From: a virus
Taxonomy: Duplodnaviria > Heunggongvirae > Uroviricota > Caudoviricetes
Reading direction: 5' to 3' (one strand)
IMG/VR virus record: IMGVR_UViG_2802429331_000003
Location: 1-64,000 of that record
Length of the DNA: 64,000 nt
Both the position numbers and the translations under genes were made by a program. The notes under the pieces were generated by a model. It did no database searches and was not told the origin of the DNA. It saw only the letters and a program-made list of their open reading frames with translations. The number at the start of each line of letters is the position of its first letter. The first letter of the stretch is position 1. Of this stretch, positions 8,883-17,389 are shown piece after piece.

Positions 8883-10661
8883 TCAGGCAGTCCGTAGGTA
8901 GATGGTGTTGGTGTCCTTGGTAGGGATTGCGTTGAACTGGGCCTCGGTGCCCACCCACAGCGATAGTGTTCTTGGCCCCGCAGCGTCTTGCCCGGACAGG
9001 TACCCCGGGGCGAGCTTGGACAGCGCGATGGCTGCACCAGGGGCGATCTTGGCGTTGGTGACGCTGCCGTCGGTCGGTACTCGTTGATCGGAGAGGCGTG
9101 GGTCGTCGCCCGCAGCGGCGGTGGCGGAGGTGGTCCCCAGGGTGAGGCTCGATGTGCCAGCGCCGAGGGTGGAACGAGCAGAGGCGGCAGTTGCGGCGGT
9201 CAGCACCGCACGACCGATATTGGTGGCGTCGACGATGTCGGCGGAGCCGGTCGTCACGGCGCCGGTCCGGCCGTTGACGCTCGACACTGGCGAGGCCGGA
9301 TAGGTGCGCTCTCGCCAGCTGGTGAGCTGACTGGCCGGTTCGGCGATCAACTGCCAGTCGGTGCCTTTGTCCGTGCGGGTGCACCAATCGCCACGCTGCC
9401 CAGACAGCGCCAGCATTGCGGCCTGGTTCGCGACGGCTCCGAGGAAGTCGGTCATAGCCACCGCGGGGATGAGCGCCTCGGGCAGCTTGCCGGTGCCGTC
9501 GACCTGCACCGCGGAGTCCGCGCGGGCCAATGAGGACTGCACAGCCGAATCCAGTTCCGTACGTGGGATGCCCGCACCTGGCTTCTGATAGGCGGTCGCG
9601 GCCCGCTCCAGGCCGGCCTGCACCGCGGTGTCGAGATGGGCTTTCGGGATGCCAGCGGAAGGCTTTACGTACTTGCTGTCCAGCGCGGCGACATCGGCCT
9701 TGGTATTCCAGCCGACCACCACGGGATGTTCGAAGGTGCCGCCCAACTCGCCTGGGTTGGCCCCGGGAAGCATGATGCCGCCCTTGATTGTCTTGTCGGC
9801 GTTCGGGATTCCGGATCCGACGGTTTCGCTGGCGTGCTCTGCCCAGTACTTCGCGGTGGCGGCGTGGTCGCCTGCTTTGGTCTTGGAGTCCGCGGCGGCG
9901 CTGGCATCCGCGCGGGTGGTGTCACGTGCGGCTTGTGCTTCCGAGCGCGCGGCGCTTGCGGAGTTCGCCGATGCGGTCGCGTCGTCGGCGGCAGTGCGTG
10001 CGGCGGCGCGGGAGGCATCGGCGGCGCTGGCTGAGCCTGCTGCGGCATTGGCGGAGTCAGCGGCGTTGCGCGCCGAGCTGGCTGCCGCAGTTGCTGACGA
10101 TGCAGCCTGGTCGCGTGCGGTCACGGCGGTGGCCGATGCGGTGCTTGCGGACTTCGCCGAAGCGTCGGCGGCCTTGGCGGAGGTGTCGGACGCTGCGGCG
10201 GCGTTGGCGGCAACCCCGGCGTTGATCAGCGATTCGTCGGCCTTGCGGGTGGCGGTCGCTGCGGCGTCGGTGGCGACGGTCAGTGCCGGGACCGGCACGT
10301 CGACGGCGGTGGGTGCGGTCGACATGTTGAACCGCAATCCGGTTGAGGTGGCCGCAATTGCGTCGATACCGCGACCGGGGTCTCCCTTGTCGCCGCGTAG
10401 CGGTGAGCCTTTGCCTTTGGCGGGCCAGGCTGCTCCGTTCCAGAAGTAGACCAGATTGTCTTCCAGCACGAGGTAGCAGCGGCCGTTGTCGTCGGGGCCG
10501 AGGCCGGTGGGTAGCTCGGTGTAGAGGTTCTTGACGCCGTTGAGGTCGATGCCGTGACCGTCGCGGCCGGCGACAGGGACCAGCACGCCCCCGGTGGGCA
10601 GGGTCGGTGCGGCGCCAAGAGTTGGGATGTTCGGCGGTACGCCGATGATGACGTCAGTCAT
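8883..10661 (-). CDS. Minor tail protein with collagen-like GDKGDPG motif and long Ala-rich repeat region (592 aa).
   Basis: GDKGDPGRG near the N-terminus; Ala/Ser/Asp low-complexity stretch; C-terminal globular domain. Confidence 0.6.
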   Translation of the reverse strand: MTDVIIGVPPNIPTLGAAPTLPTGGVLVPVAGRDGHGIDLNGVKNLYTELPTGLGPDDNGRCYLVLEDNLVYFWNGAAWPAKGKGSPLRGDKGDPGRGIDAIAATSTGLRFNMSTAPTAVDVPVPALTVATDAAATATRKADESLINAGVAANAAAASDTSAKAADASAKSASTASATAVTARDQAASSATAAASSARNAADSANAAAGSASAADASRAAARTAADDATASANSASAARSEAQAARDTTRADASAAADSKTKAGDHAATAKYWAEHASETVGSGIPNADKTIKGGIMLPGANPGELGGTFEHPVVVGWNTKADVAALDSKYVKPSAGIPKAHLDTAVQAGLERAATAYQKPGAGIPRTELDSAVQSSLARADSAVQVDGTGKLPEALIPAVAMTDFLGAVANQAAMLALSGQRGDWCTRTDKGTDWQLIAEPASQLTSWRERTYPASPVSSVNGRTGAVTTGSADIVDATNIGRAVLTAATAASARSTLGAGTSSLTLGTTSATAAAGDDPRLSDQRVPTDGSVTNAKIAPGAAIALSKLAPGYLSGQDAAGPRTLSLWVGTEAQFNAIPTKDTNTIYLRTA

Positions 10662-10667
10662 TGGGTT

Positions 10668-11006
10668 TCACTTCCACGCCTTGACCTGCCCGGCCGCCAG
10701 GTTGTCAGGTTCGGCGGCAGCGTTGGCTTTGAACATCAGATAGACCGGGGAGCGGTCCGGGATCGCCGCGGCCACAGCCTGTTTCACGGTCAGCGTGGCG
10801 AGGTCTTCCTGAATGGTGAACGGCCACCGCACGGGTGAGGCACCGGAGCCGACAAGCAGGTACAGCTCGCAGCCGGGAGGGTAATTGCCTGCGGCCCACC
10901 GGAATTGCCATACGAGCCCGGAGTATTTCTTGATGTGTACGACGAGTTTCGGTACGCCGAGACCGATTTCCCACTTGTCAGCCACGGGTCCTCCAGTCGG
11001 GGTCAT
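10668..11006 (-). CDS. Hypothetical protein (112 aa).
   Basis: Clean ORF. Confidence 0.4.
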   Translation of the reverse strand: MTPTGGPVADKWEIGLGVPKLVVHIKKYSGLVWQFRWAAGNYPPGCELYLLVGSGASPVRWPFTIQEDLATLTVKQAVAAAIPDRSPVYLMFKANAAAEPDNLAAGQVKAWK

Positions 11007-11361
11007 CGGCAGTGAGCGCGTCGTGCAGCTCGTCCATGAAGCAGCCGGTTTGGCCGGGGGTGCACATCATCAGATAGAGGTCGCCGTATTTGTCGATGCG
11101 TTCGAGCGCCTCCATATCGCGGCCGATGTGGCGGGTGAAGGCGATGGTGGCGGCGTTGGTCGCGGCCTCGGTGGGTGCGCCCTGGGGGTCATAGTCGGGG
11201 TCGTCGGACTTGATCGCCGCATACAGGCCGGGTACGGCGTAGTTGTGGATGTACTTGCGCGCCGATTCGAGGTCGTGGAATCCGATGTAGCGGCGCGAAC
11301 CGAATCCGTCGAGCGCGTTGGCGACGAAGAATTCCTTGATGTGCTTGAGCTTGTCGGTCAT
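10978..11361 (-). CDS. Hypothetical protein (127 aa).
   Basis: Clean ORF MTDKLKHIKEFFVANALDG... Confidence 0.45.
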   Translation of the reverse strand: MTDKLKHIKEFFVANALDGFGSRRYIGFHDLESARKYIHNYAVPGLYAAIKSDDPDYDPQGAPTEAATNAATIAFTRHIGRDMEALERIDKYGDLYLMMCTPGQTGCFMDELHDALTADDPDWRTRG

Positions 11362-11364
11362 GGC

Positions 11365-12201
11365 CTATCGCAGTACGTAGAAGGGGACTTTCGTCGATTC
11401 GTTGTAGTTGAGCGCCTTCTCCTCGATCGAGGCCGCCATGCCGCCGCCGCAGTAGCAGTACTGGGCGCGCGGGAACGCTTGACCAGCTGCGGGGTTGATC
11501 TTGTTCATCGTGATGCACAGGAAGGATGAACATGTCTGCCCGATGCCGGTGAGCTGCAACGTGGCGACCGCGAACACGTCGCCCTGCTTGGCGGTGATCG
11601 CGGTGCCCAGGTTGAATCGGTACTCGGTGTTGGTGGCGCCGAAGCTTCCGCGCATGTCTACTGCGGCCGAGATGGGATTGAGCAGTGTCAGATTCCCGGT
11701 TTTTGTGTCGACCGAATAGACGCCGATGTAGAAGCCGTTGATGCCGAACGCGGTGATCGAGCCGCCGGTGATGAACCCGACTTCCTTGTAGGTCCGATCC
11801 CGTTGCGCCTGTATGTATCCGATTTCGAGGCTGTTGAATCCGTGACCGGCGGGCTGGTAGTCGGGGACCTGTCGTAGCGAGTGGGAGTGGCTGCCGCTAT
11901 TTCCGCCGCCGGTGGAGGTCGACGATGCAGCACCGAAGGTGAGTTGGGAGCGCGGGAAGGTGGTGTCTTCGTTGACACCTAGTGACTGCCACATGGGCGA
12001 GTTGATCGGCACTTGCGACAGTGAGGGCTTGTCCGACAGCGGGTCGTCGACGTTCTGCTTCATGGCGCTGCGTGCGTCGGCGTAGGACTTCTTCACACCG
12101 CCGGTCATGAACGCGGTGGCTTTGTCTTTGTCGATGTCGAAGCCGTATTTGGTGCCGAACCGGAATGCACCGTCGGGCGGATTGCCGATAGGGAAGCTCA
12201 C
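11365..12201 (-). CDS. Gly-rich minor tail / tail-fiber-like protein (about 278 aa).
   Basis: GTG start preceded by GAGGGA RBS (rev-comp of 12199-12215); GTGA overlap with the upstream gene stop. The longer 447-aa ORF extension is Arg-rich junk. Confidence 0.55.
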   Translation of the reverse strand: MSFPIGNPPDGAFRFGTKYGFDIDKDKATAFMTGGVKKSYADARSAMKQNVDDPLSDKPSLSQVPINSPMWQSLGVNEDTTFPRSQLTFGAASSTSTGGGNSGSHSHSLRQVPDYQPAGHGFNSLEIGYIQAQRDRTYKEVGFITGGSITAFGINGFYIGVYSVDTKTGNLTLLNPISAAVDMRGSFGATNTEYRFNLGTAITAKQGDVFAVATLQLTGIGQTCSSFLCITMNKINPAAGQAFPRAQYCYCGGGMAASIEEKALNYNESTKVPFYVLR

Positions 12202-12611
12202 GGGGTGATCCCTCGCTTCTCGGCGTATTCGGCGAGCGCGGAACGCAATTCGGCGATCTCGACGCGGCTGGCAGTGAGTTCGGCCTTGGTGTCGGCAAGC
12301 TCGGTGCGTAGCTCTGCGATCTGGGATTGATAGCGGGCGGCGTCTTCGCGGGCCTGGGCCAGCACGCTGTCGAGTTGTGCGGCGACGCCGGAGAGCTGGA
12401 GCGATAGCAGCTCGACACGTTGATCGTTGAGGATGGCGGCAGCGGCCTCGATGCGGGCCTGGCGTTGAATGCGCCGCACCCGCGCCCCGGCCACGAATTC
12501 GATGACCGGGCGCAGGATCTCGCGGACCTTCGGCACGGCCGCCGCCGCGATCGTGAGGACCGCAACGGCGACCGACGCCCACACCACCCAGGGGTGACCG
12601 TCTACCGGCAT
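12198..12611 (-). CDS. Membrane-anchored coiled-coil protein (137 aa) in the lysis cassette; holin-accessory or spanin-like candidate.
   Basis: N-terminal TM segment WVVWASVAVAVLTIAAAAV followed by a heptad-rich Ala/Leu/Gln region. Confidence 0.45.
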   Translation of the reverse strand: MPVDGHPWVVWASVAVAVLTIAAAAVPKVREILRPVIEFVAGARVRRIQRQARIEAAAAILNDQRVELLSLQLSGVAAQLDSVLAQAREDAARYQSQIAELRTELADTKAELTASRVEIAELRSALAEYAEKRGITP

Positions 12612-12614
12612 CAG

Positions 12615-12824
12615 TTACCGAACCTTGTCCGCCAGCTGGTCGCCAGCGACGTTGGTCAGCAGCGAGATCAGCGCGGCCAGGCCGGCGGCGCTGACGCTGG
12701 CAGTCCAATCGGCGTCGAGCACGCCGGTGAACACCACCAGCGAACCGGCCAGCGACTGCGCGAACGTCTTCACCGCCCGCTTGCCGACGTCGAGCAGACC
12801 GTCACGGGTAAATACATCAGCCAT
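12615..12824 (-). CDS. Holin-like small membrane protein (69 aa).
   Basis: Two short hydrophobic segments; sits immediately downstream of the endolysin on the same strand. Confidence 0.45.
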   Translation of the reverse strand: MADVFTRDGLLDVGKRAVKTFAQSLAGSLVVFTGVLDADWTASVSAAGLAALISLLTNVAGDQLADKVR

Positions 12825-12847
12825 ATTCAGTTGTCCTTACTGGTGTT

Positions 12848-14230
12848 TCAGTTGGTCGGAACCCGATTGGGGCACTCGGTGACCGCGCAGGTACGCGCGC
12901 ACTCGGGCGGGGACAGCTCGGCGAGCTTGTCAACCACGGTCTTGTTGCCCAGCTGCGGCCAGCCACCGTACTGTCCGGCGTCGCGCTGGCCTGCGCCACA
13001 CAGCTGTTCACGAACGTCCTTGACGTCGTTGACGACGGGGCCGACGTAGGTGGCCAGGCATTCGTAGATCAGGGCCTTGAGTGCTTCTGGGGAGTAAGGC
13101 AAGTCATCCTCCTGTGTGCTGAATAGCGCTTCTAGTCCCGCGCGGGTGCCACGGAACGCATTGACGTCGAGTACGTATCCGGCGACCTGCCCCTTTTCGG
13201 AGAACTGGTAGACCGCTACGACGTTGCCGCCGTAGCCGCTCCAGCCGGGGTGGTCCTCGCCGGGGTAGAGCTCACTGGCGTAGCCGGTGCCGTCGACGTA
13301 GTGCGAGGACATCAGCGGCGGCAGACCGGACAGGTCCGGGCGCCCGATGTGGCCGTGCCAGAACCAGCGCGGCAGGTAAATCAGGATCACGCGGTAGCCG
13401 CGGGCGGTGAACTCGTCGACCACCGCGCGGGTGAGTTCGACTCCCCCGGAGCCGACTTCGACGTCGAGCATCACCGGAATGGCGCGGTCCGGCTCGGTAG
13501 CGGCGTAGTTGTCGACCTGCTCACGCGCCGAGATGCCTTCGCGGACATAGTGATAGGCCGCGAACAGCAGGCCGTTGGCCCGTGCTCCATCGCGCTGAGC
13601 GACGTATTCGGGGTTGACGTAGTCGCTGCCCTCGGTCGCCTTGGCGATGACGTAGGCGAAACCCTCGGCCTTCACTCGGGCCATGTCGAGGCCGCGCTGA
13701 TAGGACGCGATGTCGATGCCGAAATGTGTCTGCACGCGATCTCCAACCTGGGGTTGTTCTGGCTCCGGGCTGCCGGGCTCGGTGGCACCCAAGAGCCACG
13801 GCTGCGGGTCGATCTGGGAGCCGGCCGCCCATACGGTGGGATGCACCTCGAAATGCAAGTGGGGGCCGGTGGATTGGCCGTTGGAGCCGACGTAGCCGAT
13901 CAGCTGCCCTGCTTCGACCCGGTCACCGCGGCTCAGCCCGGTCGCGCCGGCGTCCCACATGTGGCCGTAGACCGTGGTACCGCCCCCGGATTCGGCTGGG
14001 TGGTCGATCACGATCCACTGGCCGAACCCGGACGCGGCGCCAATGTAGGCGACGGTGCCGGATTGGGCGGCGTAGAACGGAGTGCCGTCATTCGCGGCGA
14101 AGTCCAGGCCGAGATGGCTGGTGCCCCAGCGTGGCCCGAATCCGGACGCGATCGAGTAGGTCCCCTGCTTGAGGGGCATGCAGCGAACCAACGAGGAAAC
14201 TCCCACCAGGGCAGACGCAGCCGCGCGCAT
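12848..14230 (-). CDS. lysA: Endolysin (Lysin A): M23 peptidase + GH25 muramidase + C-terminal cell-wall-binding region.
   Basis: M23-like HLGLDFAANDGTPFYAAQSGTVAYIG...GHMWD; GH25-like GIDIASYQRGLDMARVKAEGFAYVIAKATEGSDYVNPEY. Confidence 0.8.
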   Translation of the reverse strand: MRAAASALVGVSSLVRCMPLKQGTYSIASGFGPRWGTSHLGLDFAANDGTPFYAAQSGTVAYIGAASGFGQWIVIDHPAESGGGTTVYGHMWDAGATGLSRGDRVEAGQLIGYVGSNGQSTGPHLHFEVHPTVWAAGSQIDPQPWLLGATEPGSPEPEQPQVGDRVQTHFGIDIASYQRGLDMARVKAEGFAYVIAKATEGSDYVNPEYVAQRDGARANGLLFAAYHYVREGISAREQVDNYAATEPDRAIPVMLDVEVGSGGVELTRAVVDEFTARGYRVILIYLPRWFWHGHIGRPDLSGLPPLMSSHYVDGTGYASELYPGEDHPGWSGYGGNVVAVYQFSEKGQVAGYVLDVNAFRGTRAGLEALFSTQEDDLPYSPEALKALIYECLATYVGPVVNDVKDVREQLCGAGQRDAGQYGGWPQLGNKTVVDKLAELSPPECARTCAVTECPNRVPTN

Positions 14231-14338
14231 CTGCGCGACGCGTGTCGAATCAGGAAACCCGCGCCCCCAACGCCGGTAGTCCTGATTGTCACCCGCCCTG
14301 CTCGGCCACGGTAGATGTTTGATCTCCGCCTGCGGGCC

Positions 14339-14779
14339 TTACAGCTCTTCGGCGAAGTTGGTGGGCTCTTCTGGCTCGGGTAGGTAGCCGCCGGCCTTGA
14401 ACAGATCGAGCATGGCCGAGCGTTCCTGCACGGTCATGGCGTCCGGGCTGGGAAGCACGATCAGCTCTGGATCGGGGGTGTCCATAGGTACCCACTGGGT
14501 GGCGGGGTTCCACACATTGACCGGTCCACGCATGGGCCGTTGCAGCTTCTTGGTCTGCTTGGGCAGATCGTTGATGTCGATCTTGCCGTTGGCGTCAGCC
14601 AACCGTGCCAGCCATGGCGCCCACACGTAGCCGATCTCGACGAGATGCTTGGAGATGATCGCCGCCCAGGCCGGCGGGATACCGACGCCGCCGGGACCGA
14701 GGCCGGGCACGTTGATCAGGGCCGCGGCGAAGTGCTGCTCGGGGTCGTTGAAGTCGACGGTGTCGAAGGTCGAGTACAC
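14339..14779 (-). CDS. Minor tail protein (146 aa).
   Basis: Clean ORF between tail and lysis genes. Confidence 0.45.
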   Translation of the reverse strand: MYSTFDTVDFNDPEQHFAAALINVPGLGPGGVGIPPAWAAIISKHLVEIGYVWAPWLARLADANGKIDINDLPKQTKKLQRPMRGPVNVWNPATQWVPMDTPDPELIVLPSPDAMTVQERSAMLDLFKAGGYLPEPEEPTNFAEEL

Positions 14780-14807
14780 GAAAGTTGATTCCTTAATTCA
14801 GTTTTCA

Positions 14808-16448
14808 TCACAGCACGCCGAGATCCTGGATGAGGGAGATGATTTCGCGCAGCTGCTCCCACGCCTTGACAGCGGGGTCTTGGATCTCGCGCTGACCGAT
14901 GGTGATCTTCCAGCTGGGTGCCCGCTCGCGGTCCCAAGCCAATTCGATCTGCGATACCCGGTCGACGAACACTCTACCGGGGGGCATACCGCGGATCGTG
15001 GAGCCGATGCGGTCGCCCAGGTAGAAGTGACCGTAGCCGGGAGCGCCGATGAGGAAGGGAGCGCCGTCGGCGACGACCAGCTCGTGGCTGGTGGTTTCGC
15101 GGGTGCTCCACTGCCCCGAGCGCATTGCCAGCAACCAGCCGAGACTGTAGGCGCGATCAGCTCCTTCCTGAAACTTTTCATGGTAGAAGTGGTAGCCTAA
15201 TTTCCTTGCGCGGCTTTGGAATCGCCACTTGCCGAACGCGGCCAGCACGTCCGTGTACAGCGGCGCCAGCAGCCGGTCCAAAGCCCCACCAACCGGCGGG
15301 ATTACGACCGCAGCAGCAATCAGGTCACCTACGGTCTGGATCGCCGCTCCGATGACCTCGTTCACGCCCGGGGCGCTGTGGCCGCCCGCGATGACGCCGA
15401 CGTCGGTGGCGGGCCGAAATGTGAAGTCCGCGGTCTGGATTCCGGTGTGCGGGGAGTCTCGGTAGATGACCCAGGGGGCTTGGGCGAGGGTGCCGCGCCA
15501 TTCGGGGTCGTAGTACTCCGGCGGGATATTCGGGTCGGCGACGATGTCGATGCCCTTGTCCAGGCCGTCCTTGTCGATACCGAGCACGCCGTGGATCAGG
15601 CCGCCGAACAGGTCACCGAAGAACGACGTCGACTTGTAGGCGGAGCTCTTGTCTTCGAGGTCGATCACCAAGCAGCCCGGACGCAGCACCGCGCCCGGCC
15701 ACGGCGGTGGATCACCGGGCAGGTATCGGCGGAACGTCCAGGTCAGCTGGGCGTCGGCGACGATCTTCTTGCTGGCGTCGTGCACGGTCTTCATGCGCGC
15801 GATCACCAGCGCCGGCATCGAGGTGTCCAGGCCGATCGGGTCGGGTTTGACGACCATGGTCCACTGCGACTGATCGAAGTGCCCATAGGTAGCTGGGTCG
15901 AGCGGATCGTCGGGCAGGAACGTCCAGGCCCGCGTTTGCAAGCGCCAAATATTAAAGAAGAGAAGAAGTTTCAGAGCCCAGCGGGAGGGACCGAACAGGA
16001 AGAACCAGCGCGGGAACTGAAATTCGGGGGGCAAGAACGGGTTTGGGTAGCAGACGATGTGTTTGAGCTCTTCGTAGTCGTGCTTGAAGGCCATCGCCAG
16101 TGACCGTGTGCCGTCGTCAGCCACCCGGACCGAGAACGATTCCATGCGCCCTGACCAGCGGATTCCGTCTTTGTCGACGGTCAGGTGGATGTTGGAGGTG
16201 TCGCGGCCGTCGACGTTGACGACCCACTCGGCCAGCCAGTAGTCCATGGGTAGCTCGAGGTGTGCCATGCCCGTGTCGTTGTTGACCTCGGTGATGGCCG
16301 CAGACAGGATCCGAGTCACCTTGCCGCGCAGGTTGTAGTCGCCGTCCCACAGCCGCACCAGCGGCGGCGCGAGACGGCGGCGGCGCTCGTCCTGTTTCTG
16401 CGCAACGAAATTCGCGTACTCGAGTTCGAAATCGAATGCGGGCGCGCT
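14808..16448 (-). CDS. Minor tail protein (about 546 aa; Tal/baseplate-like).
   Basis: Real start MSAPAFDFELEYANFV overlaps the stop of the upstream gene (ATGA). The ORF-track 695-aa version carries an Arg-rich spurious N-terminal extension. Confidence 0.6.
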   Translation of the reverse strand, partial: SAPAFDFELEYANFVAQKQDERRRRLAPPLVRLWDGDYNLRGKVTRILSAAITEVNNDTGMAHLELPMDYWLAEWVVNVDGRDTSNIHLTVDKDGIRWSGRMESFSVRVADDGTRSLAMAFKHDYEELKHIVCYPNPFLPPEFQFPRWFFLFGPSRWALKLLLFFNIWRLQTRAWTFLPDDPLDPATYGHFDQSQWTMVVKPDPIGLDTSMPALVIARMKTVHDASKKIVADAQLTWTFRRYLPGDPPPWPGAVLRPGCLVIDLEDKSSAYKSTSFFGDLFGGLIHGVLGIDKDGLDKGIDIVADPNIPPEYYDPEWRGTLAQAPWVIYRDSPHTGIQTADFTFRPATDVGVIAGGHSAPGVNEVIGAAIQTVGDLIAAAVVIPPVGGALDRLLAPLYTDVLAAFGKWRFQSRARKLGYHFYHEKFQEGADRAYSLGWLLAMRSGQWSTRETTSHELVVADGAPFLIGAPGYGHFYLGDRIGSTIRGMPPGRVFVDRVSQIELAWDRERAPSWKITIGQREIQDPAVKAWEQLREIISLIQDLGVL

Positions 16449-17338
16449 CATTCCAGGCCCCACGGGCGCGACCAGTTGCGCTTGACCCGCACCTGCACCG
16501 ACGCACCCGGGCTGGCTTCCTCCACCGACACCGGCAACTGAATTGCCTTGGTGTAGGGCGGGATCGCGTAGTTGTAGGTCACGCCGTTCATCAGCGACCA
16601 CACCTGCGACCCGGCCGGATCGCGCAACATGTCCTCGAACGGATCGGTGTTGATCCAGAACGTCTGACCCGGCTTCTGCTTGGGCATCCTGATCCGCCGG
16701 GCGGCGTCGGCCTCGGCGCGTCCAAAGCTGTTGTCTCCGAACGAGTAGTCCGGGATGGTCCAGCGGGCGCCGCCTTGGAGGATCCACTCCAGCCACACCG
16801 GCTGATCGGTGGGGTTGTCGATGGTGACGAACCCGGACCCCGATGTACCCGAGGCCAGCACCCAGGTGTCGGTGTAGGGCTGTTCCTCGTACCACCAGGG
16901 ATCGCCGGCGCAGACGGTCATCACGACCTTGCCCGAGCGGATCAGGTTCGGGTCCTTCTCCGGCTTGAAGCTCGGCTGTTCGAGCAGCCGCACGTTCAGG
17001 TAGCGCCGGCCGGAGTCAGGGGTGGTGATCCACAGTTTGGAGTCGCGATCGTAGGCCCAGTTCTTGCGCCATTCCGAGTCGTTGATCTGCCACGAGCCGG
17101 TGTCGATGTCGTCGATCCAGACGCCGAACACGATGTCGCGCTTGAGGTATCGGTGCCCGGCGTAGCTGCCGCCGATCTGATGGGCGTGTTCGGTCCAGAT
17201 GGTTTTGACCGGGGCATCCCAGATACCGTCGACGTCGGTACCCAGGATCACGCCCTGCTCGCCCATGCCGGGGCCGGACAAGGTGAACCAGCTGCCCATG
17301 CAGCCTTCCACCTCGACCAGCGTTCGGTTGTCTTCCAC
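16448..17338 (-). CDS. Distal tail protein (Dit-like), 296 aa.
   Basis: Sits immediately downstream of the tape measure gene; size and position typical for siphovirus Dit. Confidence 0.55.
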   Translation of the reverse strand: MEDNRTLVEVEGCMGSWFTLSGPGMGEQGVILGTDVDGIWDAPVKTIWTEHAHQIGGSYAGHRYLKRDIVFGVWIDDIDTGSWQINDSEWRKNWAYDRDSKLWITTPDSGRRYLNVRLLEQPSFKPEKDPNLIRSGKVVMTVCAGDPWWYEEQPYTDTWVLASGTSGSGFVTIDNPTDQPVWLEWILQGGARWTIPDYSFGDNSFGRAEADAARRIRMPKQKPGQTFWINTDPFEDMLRDPAGSQVWSLMNGVTYNYAIPPYTKAIQLPVSVEEASPGASVQVRVKRNWSRPWGLE

Positions 17339-17389
17339 AGCGGGTTGCCGCCTATTCAGTTGTCGTATTCAGTTGTGTGCGTTGCGGTT

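Noticed and set aside
8341-9387. Large overlapping ORFs rich in Arg/Pro/Ser/Gly, e.g. 8341-9387, 8444-9037, 17398-18132, 20269-21162, 20363-22993, 21550-22245, 23293-23850, 24583-25125, 4803-5282.
   Set aside because: They are alternative-frame artefacts of high-GC DNA and fully overlap well-supported genes (tail proteins, TMP) on the same or opposite strand. The composition is not protein-like.
11365-16895. Very long N-terminal extensions in the ORF track for several genes (11365-12708, 14808-16895, 32461-33855, 31249-31932, 3357-4127).
   Set aside because: Upstream portions are Arg-rich low-complexity and overlap the preceding gene. Internal starts with RBS or stop-start overlaps give sensible proteins, so shorter coordinates were used.
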